64,000 nt of DNA from Malacoraja senta (lineage: Eukaryota). A program made the translations under genes and the position numbers. Below the pieces are notes generated by a model. It was not told the DNA's origin, searched no databases, and saw only the letters and a list, made by a program, of their open reading frames with translations. Where the stretch lies: positions 186,001-250,000 of the forward strand of contig JAXLNO010000050.1 in the NCBI GenBank assembly GCA_038087875.1. Reading direction: 5' to 3'. Of the stretch, positions 53,215 through 64,000 are shown piece by piece (positions within the stretch are counted from its first letter, which is position 1; each line of letters opens with the position of its first letter).

Positions 53215-53361
53215 ACAAGTTGCCAGTGTCTCCACACCTATGTGAGTTGTCGCATTCGTGTCTGGTCCTGTATTGTGCAGACCTGCTCATCTGTGTCTTT
53301 GTTTTTAATAACCCGTAGGTGGGTGGAAAAGGTGACGTTTCGGGTCGAGACCCTTCTTCAG

Positions 53362-53489
53362 ACAATGGCAACATCACTTTCAGCCTGGGAGAGGAAGGGG
53401 ATATGCAGAGAGATGGAAAAGAAGAGAAACAGGATTTCCTCTCTTTCTCATCAAATAAAGTGGCACAACAGTTGACGTACATGGATGCT
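53362..53489 (+). CDS. RGL1: RalGDS-family (RGL1-like) internal coding exon; linker plus start of CDC25/RasGEF domain
   Basis: Reads (x)AC-NGNITFSLGEEGDMQRDGKEEKQDFLSFSSNKVAQQLTYMDA, matching the RGL1 pattern FSL.EE...F..F...VA.QLTYMDA. Ends at donor GCT|gtaagt (53489/53490) in phase 0, joining the next exon. The 5' boundary is uncertain: acceptor ccttcttcag at 53361 (phase 1, 128 nt) or acccgtag at 53318. Confidence 0.8.
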
Positions 53490-53661
53490 GTAAGTAAACA
53501 AGGATTTCAAGAGTCAAGAGTGTTCTAATTGTCAAGTGTGCTGAAACGGAACAATGACATTCCTTCTTGCAGCAGAACAACAGCTCTGTAAACACAATAC
53601 TCAACAAATAGCATAAGCAAACAAACAAAAAAAAGTTTGATAAAGTGTACAAAATCACATG

Positions 53662-54127
53662 AGATACGGACAGGAAGGCACTACAACGGGTGGTGAAAAC
53701 CGCGCAGCACATCATCGGTGCCCCGCTCCCTGCCGTGGATGCCCTCCACCGAAAACGGTGTCTGAAACGGGCTGGGAAGATCATTAAAGACCCCTCCCAC
53801 CCCAACCATGGACTGTTTGCCCTCCTCCCATCAGGGAGGCGGTACAGGAGCCTCAGGTCTCGTACCAGTAGGATGAGGAACAGCTTCTACAATTATACCG
53901 TCGCATTGCTGAATCGGAGTCCCGCCGATAGATTCCTCCGGTCCCTCCGTCCCCATTGTTAATTATTCTGTATTTTTGATTATTCTGTATCCTCTTTTTT
54001 TTTTTTAATTTCTATATTGCACTACTACTACTACGGACTGACGCAAAACTGCATTTCGTTGTACCCATACTCAGTATTTGTGCAATGACATTAAAGTTGA
54101 ATTGAATTGAATTGAATTGAATTGAAT
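53662..54127 (+). mobile_element. Young Rex/Babar-like 3' fragment with (TTGAA)n tail inserted into a CR1 remnant
   Basis: ORF 53690-53962 KTAQHIIG..LP...DPSHPNHGLF.LLPSGRRYRSL; pentamer tail about 54097-54126; apparent TSD atcacatg at 53654-53661 and 54128-54135. Confidence 0.8.
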
Positions 54128-56037
54128 ATCACATGGGTAGACGCACAGAGCCTCTTGCCCAGAGCATGGGAATCGAGAACCAGAGGACATAGGTTTAAAT
54201 TGAAGGGGTAAAGATTTAATAGGAATCTGGGGGGTAACTTTTTCACACCAAGGGTGGTGGGTACATGGAACGAGCTGCCAGAGGACGTAGTTGAGTCTGG
54301 TACAATTGGAACATTTAAGAAACAATTAGACAGGTCTTGCGTCTTGCACAGCCTAAAGTTGTAGATCAATTGGCATGAAAAACACTACATCTATTTGTTT
54401 GTGCACGTCGGGTTGATTGCATTAGTCGAAACAGGGTGGACCATGTGAAGGTTGCAATCGCCCATCCCATTAGACAGGTACATGGATAGGACAGATTAAG
54501 AGGGATATGGGCTAAATGCAGGCAGGTGGGACTAGTGTAGATGGGACATGTTGGTTGGTGAGGTCAAGTTGGGCCGAAGGCCCTGTTTTCATGCTGTATG
54601 ACTCTATGACTCTAAAGTTCGGCACGGACTTGAAGGGCCGAGATGGCCTGTTTCCGTGCTGTTATGGTTATATGGTTATTAAAGAAAATCATTATTTGGA
54701 ATCAAGAACCAGAGGGCTCCGATTTCAGGTCGGAAGGGAAAGATTTAATAGGAATCTGAGGGCAATTTTTTTTACACAGAGGGTGGTGGGTCTATGGAAT
54801 AAACTGCCAGAGGAGGTAGTTGAGGTAGGTACAATAACATTTAAAAAGACATGTGGACAAATACATGGATAGGAAAGGTTTAGTGGATAATGGGCCAAAT
54901 TTGGGCAGATGAGGCTCGCATAGATGGGGCATCTTGGTCAGCATGGGAAAGTTGGGCCAAAGGGTCTGTTTCTGTGCTGAATGTACTGGACAAGCTACAG
55001 TACAAAACAAGAGCCTTGAGTCCTAGTGCACCAACTGTTTGAAGTTTGGTGTGTGTTGTGCTCAGTAGTCGGATGGTTGTAGTGAAGGAGCTGTTCCTGA
55101 AGCTGGAGGTCACGGTTTTCAGGCTCCTGTACCTTCTTTCCCATGGTAGGATTGAAATGGGAGCGTGGCCAGTGTGGTGTGTGTCTCTGATGACCATTTT
55201 GTTTGGATCCGTGGGATGAATTTGGGACCATTAGTTCAGTTTAGTTTATTGTCACGTGTACCGAGGTACAGTGAAAAGCTTTTGTTGCATGCCATCCAGT
55301 CAGCAGAAAGACAATACATGATTACAACCAAACCATTTACAGTGTATAGGTAGTTTAAGAAGATCATAGATAAAGTACGAAATATTGCTGTATGAGTGGA
55401 GATTTAAGAGTGTGGAGCGATTGTAAGATGAGTTTGTAGATCTGCTTCCGTGGCTAGCACAGAAATAGTCGCTTGAGTTGGACGCCATCTTGGAAGAAGT
55501 GCCTGATTACTCCAAATGCCACGTATTAGTATTGAGTGAGCACTCCTGTCTTTTCCTCGCATTATTAGTGCCGTTAGTACTATGTTAGTTCACATCTCAG
55601 AGCAGCATTTGAAAGTTTCAAGACATGTTGTTTTACGCACGTGATTCCAATATCGAGATTGGAATCCTTGTGCCAGGGAATATTTCAACAACCTTTTTGT
55701 TTTTTCTGAGCTGGATGTCATGTGAAATAATTTGCTTTGGAGAAAGCCAAGAAGCCTCTACCGTGCAACTTGGCATAGGGGATCCAAATCTATCGTGGGT
55801 AAAATAAAACATAATTTTCACAGCTTGAATGCAGTTTATATTTCATAATCAAGGGCCTCTTCTCCCCTTTCACATCAGGCATGAGGTATAGAAGTGTGGA
55901 AACACACACCTCCAGATTATGGGACAGTTTCTTCCCATTGTTATCAGTCAAACGAACCATCCTCTCACCAGATAGAGAGCGGTCCTGCCCTTCCATCTAC
56001 CTCATTGGCGACCCTCAGACTATCTTTAATTGGAATT

Positions 56038-56971
56038 TAGAAACATAGAAACATAGAAAAAAGGTGCAGGAGGAGGCCATTCGGCCCTATAAGCCAGCAC
56101 CGCCATTCATTGTGATCATGGCTGATGGTCCCCAATCAATAACCCGTACCTGCCCACCAGGTTTTTTCTCACCTCAGTTTTAAATGGCCTCCCCTTTATT
56201 CTAAGACTGTGGCCCCTGGTTCTGGACTCGCCCAACATTGGGAACATTTTTCCTGCATCTAGCTTGTCCAGTCCTTTTATAATTTTATGTGTTTTTATAA
56301 GATTCCCCCTCATCCTTCTAAACTCCAGTGAATACAAGCCTAGTCTTTTCAATCTTTCCTCGTATGACAGTCCCGCCATCCCAGGGATCAATCTTGTGAA
56401 CCTACGCTGCACTGCCTCAATCACAAGAATGTCCTTCCTCAAATTAGGAGCTCAAAACTGTACTCAATATTCCAGATGCGGTCTTACCAGAGCCCTATAC
56501 AACTTCAGAAGAACCTCTCTACTCCTATACGGAAATCCTCTTCTTATGAAGATCAACATTCCATTAGCTTTCTTCACTGCCTGCTGTACCTGAAAGCCAA
56601 CTTTCAGTGACCGGTGTACAAGGACACCCAGGTCTCGCTGCACCTCCCCCTTACCTAACCTAACCCCATTGAGACAATAATCTGCTCCCTTGTTTTTGCC
56701 GCCAAAGTGGAGAACATCACATTTATCTATATTAAACTGCATCTGCCACGCATCTGCCCACTCACTCAACCTGTCCTGGTCACCCTGCAACCTCCTAACA
56801 TCCTCTTCACAGTTCACACTGCCACCCAGCTTTGTGTCATCCGCAAACTTGCTAGTGTTGCTCCTAATTCCCTCTTCCAAATCATTAATATATATGGTAA
56901 ACAGTTGCGGCCCCAACACCGAGCCTTGCGGCACTCCACTCGCCACTGCCTGCCATACTGAAAAGGACCCG
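56038..56971 (-). mobile_element. CR1 3' fragment nested in a Rex-like 3' end
   Basis: ORFs 56464-56946 and 56116-56442 with [10 protein letters not shown] and FADD; tagaaaca tail; Rex-like sequence on both flanks. Confidence 0.88.
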
Positions 56972-57117
56972 TTGGATTTAATTTGTACAATATGTTGTAT
57001 CCATTATCTGTACACTGGATTGTAATCACGTATACTCTCACTGGATAGCACACAACAAAAATGCTTTTCACTGTACCTCGGTACACATGACAATAATAAG
57101 CTAGTAAACTAAAATAT

Positions 57118-59778
57118 TACAGCAGTGCTTTGGCAGGATAGACTAGAGGGCTCGTCTAGGGAGGCTATTTGGGTGGAACTCAGAAATGGGTAAGGTGTAG
57201 CAACACTTATAGGGGTGTATTATAGACCGCCTAATGGGGAGCGAGAATTGGAAGAGCAAATATGTAAGGAGATAGCAGATATTAGTGGTAAGCACAAGGT
57301 AGTGATTGTGGGAGATTTCAATTTTCCACACCTAGACTGGGAAACACATTCTGTAAAAGGGCTGGATGGTTTGGAGTTTGTAAAATGTGTGCAGGATAGT
57401 TTTTTGCAGCAATACATAGAGGTACCTACTAGAGAAGAGGCAGTGCTGGACCTCCTGTTAGGAAATGAGACAGGTCAGGTGGCGGAGGTATGCGTTGGGG
57501 AGCACTTTGGGTCCAGTGATCACAATACCATTAGTTTCAATATAATTATGGAGAAGGTCAGAACTGGACCAAGGGTTGAGATTTTTGATTGGAGAAAGGC
57601 TAACTTTGAGGAGATGCGAAAAGATTTAAAAGGAATGAATTGGGACATTTTGTTTTATGGGAAGGATGTAGAAGAGAAATGGAGGACATTTAAAGGTGAA
57701 ATTTTAAGAGTACAGAATCTTTATGTCCCTGTTCATTTGAAAGGAAAGAGTAATAATTGGAAAGAGCCATGGTTTTCAAGGGAAATTGGACACGGTTCGG
57801 AGAAAGAGAGAGATCTACAATAATTATAGGCAGAATGGAGAAAATAAGGTGCTTGAGGAGTATAAAGAATGTAAAAAGAATCTTAAGAAATAAATTAGAA
57901 AAGCTAAAAGAAGATATGAGGTTGCTTTGGCAAGTAAGGTGAAAGTAAATCCAAAGGGTTTCTACTGCTATATCAATAACAAAACGGTAACGAGGGATAA
58001 AATTGGTCCATTAGAGAGTCAGAGTGGACAGCTATGTGCAGAGCCAAAAGAGATGGGGGAGATATTGAACAATTTCTTTTCTTCGGTATTCACCAAGGAG
58101 AAGGATATTGAATTATGTGAGGTAAGTGAAACAAGGAGGGTAGCTATGGAAACCGAGGATCAAAGAAGAGGAAGTACTGACAGTTTTGAAATATATAAAA
58201 GTGGATAAGTCTCCAGGTCCTGACAGGATATTCCCTAGGACATTGAGGGAAGTTAGTGTAGAAATAGCAGGGGCTATGACAGAAATATTTCAAATGTCAT
58301 TAGAAACGGGAATGGTGCCGGAGGATTGGCATACTGCGCATGTTGTTCCATTGTTTAAAAAGGTTTCTAAGAGTAAACCTAGCAATTATAGACCTGTTAG
58401 TTTGACGTCAGTGGTGGGCAAATTAATGGAAAGGATACTTAGAGATAATATATTTAAGCATCTGGATAAACAGGGTCTGATTAGGAACAGTCAACATGGA
58501 TTTGTGCCTGGAAGGTTATGGTTGACTAATCTTCTTGAATTTTTTGAAGAGGTTACTAGGGAAATTGATGAGGGTAAAGCGGTGGACGTTGTCTATATGG
58601 ACTTCAGTAAGGCCTTTGACAAGGTTCCACATGGAAGGTTGGTTAAGAAGGTTCAAGTGTTGGGTATTAATGGTGGAGTAGCAAGATGGATTCAACAGTG
58701 GCTGAATGGGAGATGCCAGAGAGTAATGGTGGATAACTGTTTGTCAGTTTGGAGGCTGGTGACTAGTGGGGTGCCTCAGGGATCTGTGTTGGGTCCACTG
58801 TTGTTTGTCATATACATCAATGATCTGGATGATGGTGTGGTAAATTGGATTAGTAAGTATGCAGATGATACTAAGATAGGTGGTGTTGTGGATAATTAAT
58901 TAGATTTTCAAAGTCTACATAGAGATTTAGGCCATTTGGAAGAGTGGGCTGAAAGATGGCAGATGGAGTTTAATGCTGATAAGTGTGAGGTGCTACATCT
59001 TGGTAGGACAAATCAAAATAGGACGTACATGGTAAATGGTAGCGAATTAAGGAATGCAGTTGAACAGAGGGATCTAGGAATGACTGTGCATAGTTCCCTG
59101 AAGGTGGAATCTCATGTAGATAGGGTGGTAAAGAAAGCTTTTGGTGTGCTGGCCTTTATAAATCAGAGCATTGAGTATAGAAGTTGGGATATAATGTTAA
59201 AATTGTACACGGCATTGGTCAGGCCAATTCTGGAGTATGGTGTACAATTTTAGTCGCCAAATTATAGGAAAGATGTCAACAAATTAGAGAAAGTACAGAG
59301 GAGATTTACTAGAATGTTGCCTGGGTTTCAGCAACTAAGTTGCAGAGAAAGGTTGAACAAGTTAGGTCTTTATTCTTTGGGGTGCAGAAGGTTAAGGGGG
59401 GACTTGATAGAGGGCTTTAAAATGATGAGAGGGATAGACAGAGTTGACGTGGATAAGCTTTTTCCATTGAGAGTAGGGAAGATTCAAACAAGAGGACATG
59501 ATTTGAGAATTAAGGGACAGAAATTTAGGGGTAACATAAGGGGGAACTTCTTTACTCAGAGAGTGGTAGCTGTGTGGAATGAGCTTCCAGTGGAAGTGGT
59601 GGAGGCAGGTTCGATTTTCTAATTTAAAAATAAATTGGATAGGTATATGGACGGGAAAGGAATGGAGGGTTATGGTCTAAGTGGACGTAGATGGGACTAG
59701 GGGAGAATAAGTGTTCGGCTTGACTAGAAGGGCCGAGATTGTATGTTTCCATGCTGTAATTGTTATATGGTTATATGA
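57118..59778 (+). mobile_element. Degenerate CR1 LINE ORF2 (distinct subfamily)
   Basis: ORFs 57215-59622 with YRPPN, GDFN, SDH, KSPGPD, DFSKAFD, YADD; (tatggtta) tail. Confidence 0.92.
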
Positions 59779-60387
59779 TTAAGAGGGAGAGATAGATCAG
59801 CCATGATTGAATGGTGGAATGGACTTGATGGGCCGAATGTCCTAATTCTGCCCCTATGACATGACCTTATGAGACCACACATTGAAAACTGTGCGTGGAG
59901 CTGGTTGCTTGGCCAGAGGAAGGGTGTCATCAATTTTGGAAAGGGTGAAGAAGAGGTTCACCAAGACGTTACCTGGACTTGCAGGCCTAGATTATAGCGA
60001 GAGGCTGAATAGGCAATGATGCCTCCTTTGGAGTGTAGGAGACTGAGGGGAGACTTAAATGAAGTGGACATAATCATGAGAGGCGGAGGTAGAGTGACCA
60101 TTCATTCTTTCATTCTAACACAATTGACCCTTTGAGCGCATTATTTGAAGTGTAATGTTTAATTGCACCATCACAAGTCTAGTTTAGTTTAGAGATACAG
60201 CGTGGAACCAGGCCCTTCAGCCCACAAAGCCTACGCCGACCAGCAACCCCCATCCACTAGTTCTATTCTACACGCAAGGGACAATTTACAGAAGCCCATT
60301 GACTGTTATCTATCCTCTTGCACTTCTACAAATAGAAATTCCATTGTTTCATTGTCAGTACCAATAACACATATTGGGGGAGGTAGA

Positions 60388-60650
60388 TTAGTTTAGTTTA
60401 GACATACAGCACGGAAACAGGCCCTTCGGTCCATTGCATCCGCACAGACCAGCGATCCCCACATACTAGGGACAATTTACATCTAGCCAATTAACCTACA
60501 AACCCTTACATGTTTGGAACATGGGTGGAAACCGGAGCACCGGAGAAAACCCACACAGTCACGGGGAGAAGGTACACACTCCGTTCAGACAACACCCGTA
60601 GTCAGAATGGAACCTGGGTCTCTGGCGCTGTGAGGCAGCATCTCTACCAT
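60388..60650 (-). mobile_element. HE1-type SINE immediately upstream of the 216-nt exon
   Basis: Reverse complement of the consensus; head ends about 30 nt before the acceptor. Confidence 0.8.
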
Positions 60651-60680
60651 TACTTACTTAGTTGTTGTGTTTAATTCCAG

Positions 60681-60896
60681 GAGCTGTTCAAGAAGGTTGT
60701 CCCAGATCACTGCCTGGGCGGCGTCTGGTCGAAACGGGACAAGAAGGGGAATGAGCACCTTGCACCCACCGTCCGGGCCACCATCACTCAGTTCAACACC
60801 GTCACCAACTGCGTGGTCAGCACCATACTGAGGGACCTGCAGCTGAAGCCCCAGCAACGAGGCAAAATCATGGAGAAGTGGATCGACGTTGCCCAG
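60681..60896 (+). CDS. RGL1: RGL1-like coding exon, CDC25/RasGEF domain (216 nt, phase 0-0)
   Basis: Acceptor ttaattccag|, donor CAG|gtaacc. Translates ELFKKVVPDHCLGGVWSKRDKKGNEHLAPTVRATITQFNTVTNCVVSTILRDLQLKPQQRGKIMEKWIDVAQ. CVVSTIL...LK.QQR.KI.EKWI is closer to RGL1 than to RALGDS as I recall them. Confidence 0.9.
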
Positions 60897-60929
60897 GTAA
60901 CCACATGGCTTCTCCGTTCTGCCTCTGTC

Positions 60930-61206
60930 AGCGGTAGAGTCGCTGCCTCACAGCGCCAGAGACACGGGTTCCATCCTGACCACGGGTGCTGTCTGTTTGT
61001 ATGTTCTCCCCGTGACCTGCGTGGGTTTTCTCTCGGTGCTCCGGTTTCCTCCCACACTCCAAAGACGTGCAGGTTTGTAGGTTAATTGGTTTCAGTAAAA
61101 TTGCAAATTATCCCTAATGTGTCGAATAGTGTTAGTGTACGGGGTGATCGATGGTCAGCATGGACCCTGTGGGCTGAAGGGCCTGTTCCCATGCTGTATC
61201 TCTGAA
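60930..61206 (+). mobile_element. HE1-type SINE immediately downstream of the 216-nt exon
   Basis: Head starts about 33 nt after the donor. Confidence 0.8.
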
Positions 61207-61644
61207 TGAAACCTCTGCATCCTGGCTTGTAAGCTTGACATATGCTACAAATTATTTCCATTAGATGCTACTCAACAACACTGCTTCACTCCGGGTGCTT
61301 TTTGAACATTGCTGTGCCCTGTTAAAGATGCTGTGATTGCTTTGATTAGGAAGGACCTGCAGATGATGGTTTAAACCAAACATAGACACAAAAAGCTGGC
61401 GTAACTCTGCGGGACAGGCAGCATCTCTGGAGAAAAGGAATGGGTGACTTTTCGGGTTGAGAAACTATCTTCAGACCCACTTAGCTTTGTTTCCTTGCTT
61501 CACTTAATTGTACAAGCTATCTGGCATCCACATATCTGGATTTCATTAACCTGCTTCCGCGATTATCGTGCAGTTTTAAAAATGCTTTCTCATCCAATCT
61601 CTAAACACGGGACAATATACAGAGGCCAATTAACCTACAAACTA

Positions 61645-62512
61645 GTTTAGTTTACTTTAGAGATACAGGCCCTTCGGCCCACCGAATCCGTTCCAACCAG
61701 TGATCCCCGCACATTAACACTATCCTACATCAGAGACAATGTTTACATTTATACCAAGCAAATAAGCCAACAAACCTGAATGTCTTGGGAGTGTGGGAGG
61801 AAACAGAAGCTCTCGGAGAAAACCTCACGCAGCTCATGGGGAGAACATACAAACTCCGCACAGACAAGCAACCGTAGTCAGGATCGAACCGAGGTCTCTG
61901 ACGCCGTAAGGACTGTAAGCTCTACCACTGTTCCACCCTTGACCTGCTCTGGCTAGATCTTAACCTTGGCCTCGTATAACCAAGCCAAGCCTTTCATCAT
62001 TCCTTTCCCTGAAGTAAAGCAGCAAGACTTCTGGAGGGAAATAGACTGCGGTTACATACTTAACAATCCATGCTTCAGTATGTGTTTGTATGTGAATATT
62101 AACAAAGCAAAAACAATATTGCCATTTTTACAATGCATAAAGCAATCCATCTTCAGATTTTTAAGTCTGATATAAGTCTGAAGAAGGGTCTCGACCCAAA
62201 ACGTCACCTATTCCTTTACTCCAGCACTTTGAGTCTATCGTCACATTTTTAAATGACATAGACAGGCTCTTTAACCCATGAGTCTATGCTGCACTAATAC
62301 TGTCCTATACACACTGGGGACAATTTGCAATTTTACCGAAACCTACAAACCTGCACGTCTTTGGAGTGTGGGAGGAAACCAAAGATCTCAGAGAAACTCC
62401 ACGCAGGTCACGGGGAGAACACACAAACTCCGTACAAACAGCACCCGTAGTCGGGATTGAACCCGGGTCTCTGGTGCTGTAAACGCTGTGAGGCAGCAAC
62501 TCCACTGCTGCC
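61645..62512 (-). mobile_element. Two antisense HE1-type SINEs (61645-61938, 62270-62512)
   Basis: Match to the consensus. Confidence 0.75.
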
Positions 62513-62672
62513 CTTGTAAAATTACATTGGCTATTAGATGCAAAGCAGTTTCCCTCCCTCCCAGAGTAGGAAATCGTATAAACATTTAGTTTTTATTTTC
62601 TGTGGACCCTCCTTTGTTTTGACCCTTCTTTAATCATTATTATATGCAGTGGGTCACGGACATGAGGTGTTA

Positions 62673-63282
62673 AGGGCCTGTCCCACTTACGTGTCCTTTG
62701 CACGCAAATTACGCGACGTTGAGGCGCACGGGCATCGTCTGGCCGCGCAGGGCTCGTCCCACTTACAAATGGACTTGTGCGGGGCTCCGAAATTTTTGTA
62801 GCGAACGGCCAAAGTGAGACAGGACCAAGACCCTGGCACGACGCAACGTCTCACCTGCAACAGCAGCAGAAGCAGCTGAACTCGGCCTGGGACTCACGGC
62901 CGTTGAGGTCCGGATCCGCCCCCACTTCTACTCCCAGAGCGGGGCCAAGAAAATTGAAGATAGACACAAAATGCTGGAGTAACTCAGCGAGACCGGCAGC
63001 ATCTCTGTAGAGAAGCAATGGCTGACGTTTCGGGTCAAGACCCTTCTTTTCAGACTGAAGAAGAGTCTCGACATGAAACATCATCCATTGCTTCTCTCCA
63101 GAGATGCTGCCGGTCCCGCTGAGTTACTCCAGCTTTGTGTCCATCTTCAAATGACGTCACGCGCTCCAGACGCTGTGCGGTCGCATGAAGTCGCGCGCGA
63201 CCTTCGCGGAACCGCCGCGGCTCAACGCGACCACGAGGTCGCGTAATTTGCGTGCCAAGGACACGCAAGTGGGACAGGCCCT
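62673..63282. mobile_element. PIF/Harbinger-type MITE carrying an internal Penelope-derived palindrome
   Basis: 45-bp TIRs agggcctgtcccactt(a/g)cgtgtcctt(t/g)gcacgcaaattacgcgac with 2 mismatches; TTA TSD at 62670-62672 and 63283-63285. Confidence 0.85.
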
Positions 63283-63656
63283 TTAATGTCGCCGTTGCTA
63301 CCTACTTTAATCCAACAATTGGTAGAAAGGCTTCCTTTTCTGCCCCTCCACCTTCCCCCCCCACCTTCCCACCCACCCACAACTGCAAACACTCCAGAAG
63401 TTATGTTTTCTAACACTTCTGAAGTCTCTATCGATGTCCTTGACCCCAGCCACTGCTGTCGAAAGGTGGTCGGCATTGAAGTGTAGAGCTGAGGTGAATA
63501 ACAAGCCTCAGGTTACCCAGTCTAAATGTTTTCCACATAATCGTACCGCTGTAGTATTTTCACAGCTGACTCTCCTCCTCGGAGCCAAGTTCATAAACCC
63601 TGAGCCATCAGGAAGCCAGCAACCACTGATGGACAAGTCTCTTGTTTTCCATTCAG

Positions 63657-63760
63657 GAATGCAGGATCATGAGAAATTTCTCCTCGCTCCAGGCTATTGT
63701 ATCAGCCATGCAGTCAATCTCCATCTACAGGCTGAAGAGGACCTGGGACACTGTTTCAAA
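63657..63760 (+). CDS. RGL1: RGL1-like coding exon, CDC25/RasGEF domain (104 nt, phase 0-2)
   Basis: Acceptor ttccattcag|, donor AA|gtaagt. Translates [34 protein letters not shown](K), the NFSSL.AI.SA.QS..I.RLK.TW signature of Ral-GEFs. In frame with the previous exon. Confidence 0.9.
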
Positions 63761-64000
63761 GTAAGTTCATTTCTCTTTGGCCTGTTTTTTTCTTAAAGAA
63801 CATAAGTTATGTGGTGGATGGATTGCAAATTCCTTCCTGCTCCCTTTGGACCAGTTTATTTTAGAGATATAGCGGGGAAACAGGCCCATCGGCCCACTGA
63901 GTCCACACCGACCTGCGATCCCCGCACATTAACATTATCCTACATCCACTAGGGACAATTTTACATTTATACCAAGCCAATTAACCTACAAACCTGCACG

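Overview
Repeat-rich vertebrate genomic DNA. The mix of HE1/V-SINE-type tRNA SINEs, many CR1 LINEs and Penelope-derived repeats suggests a cartilaginous fish, probably a skate or ray (inference). The only host coding sequence I can support is three + strand exons (about 53362-53489, 60681-60896, 63657-63760) encoding the start of a CDC25/RasGEF domain most like RGL1 (RalGDS family). Everything upstream appears intronic. Mobile DNA includes: a DIRS tyrosine-recombinase retrotransposon with intact ITR/ICR termini but a deleted RT core; one full-length and one near-intact CR1; two L1-clade insertions; Rex/Babar-like remnants; an Ingi/Vingi-like 3' fragment; hAT and PIF/Harbinger MITEs; and minisatellites. 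The most interesting observations are: (1) a short antisense Penelope/hammerhead-motif fragment at the 5' end of an RGL1 exon that appears to supply a frame-restoring splice acceptor; (2) many dispersed minimal hammerhead-like motifs, often in palindromic pairs; (3) a 216-nt exon tightly flanked by inverted SINEs; (4) a local tandem duplication that preserves both filled and empty sites of a CR1/L1 chimera. I found no evidence of a wholly new multi-gene system. Coordinates of degenerate repeats are approximate and family names come from motif recognition, not database searches.
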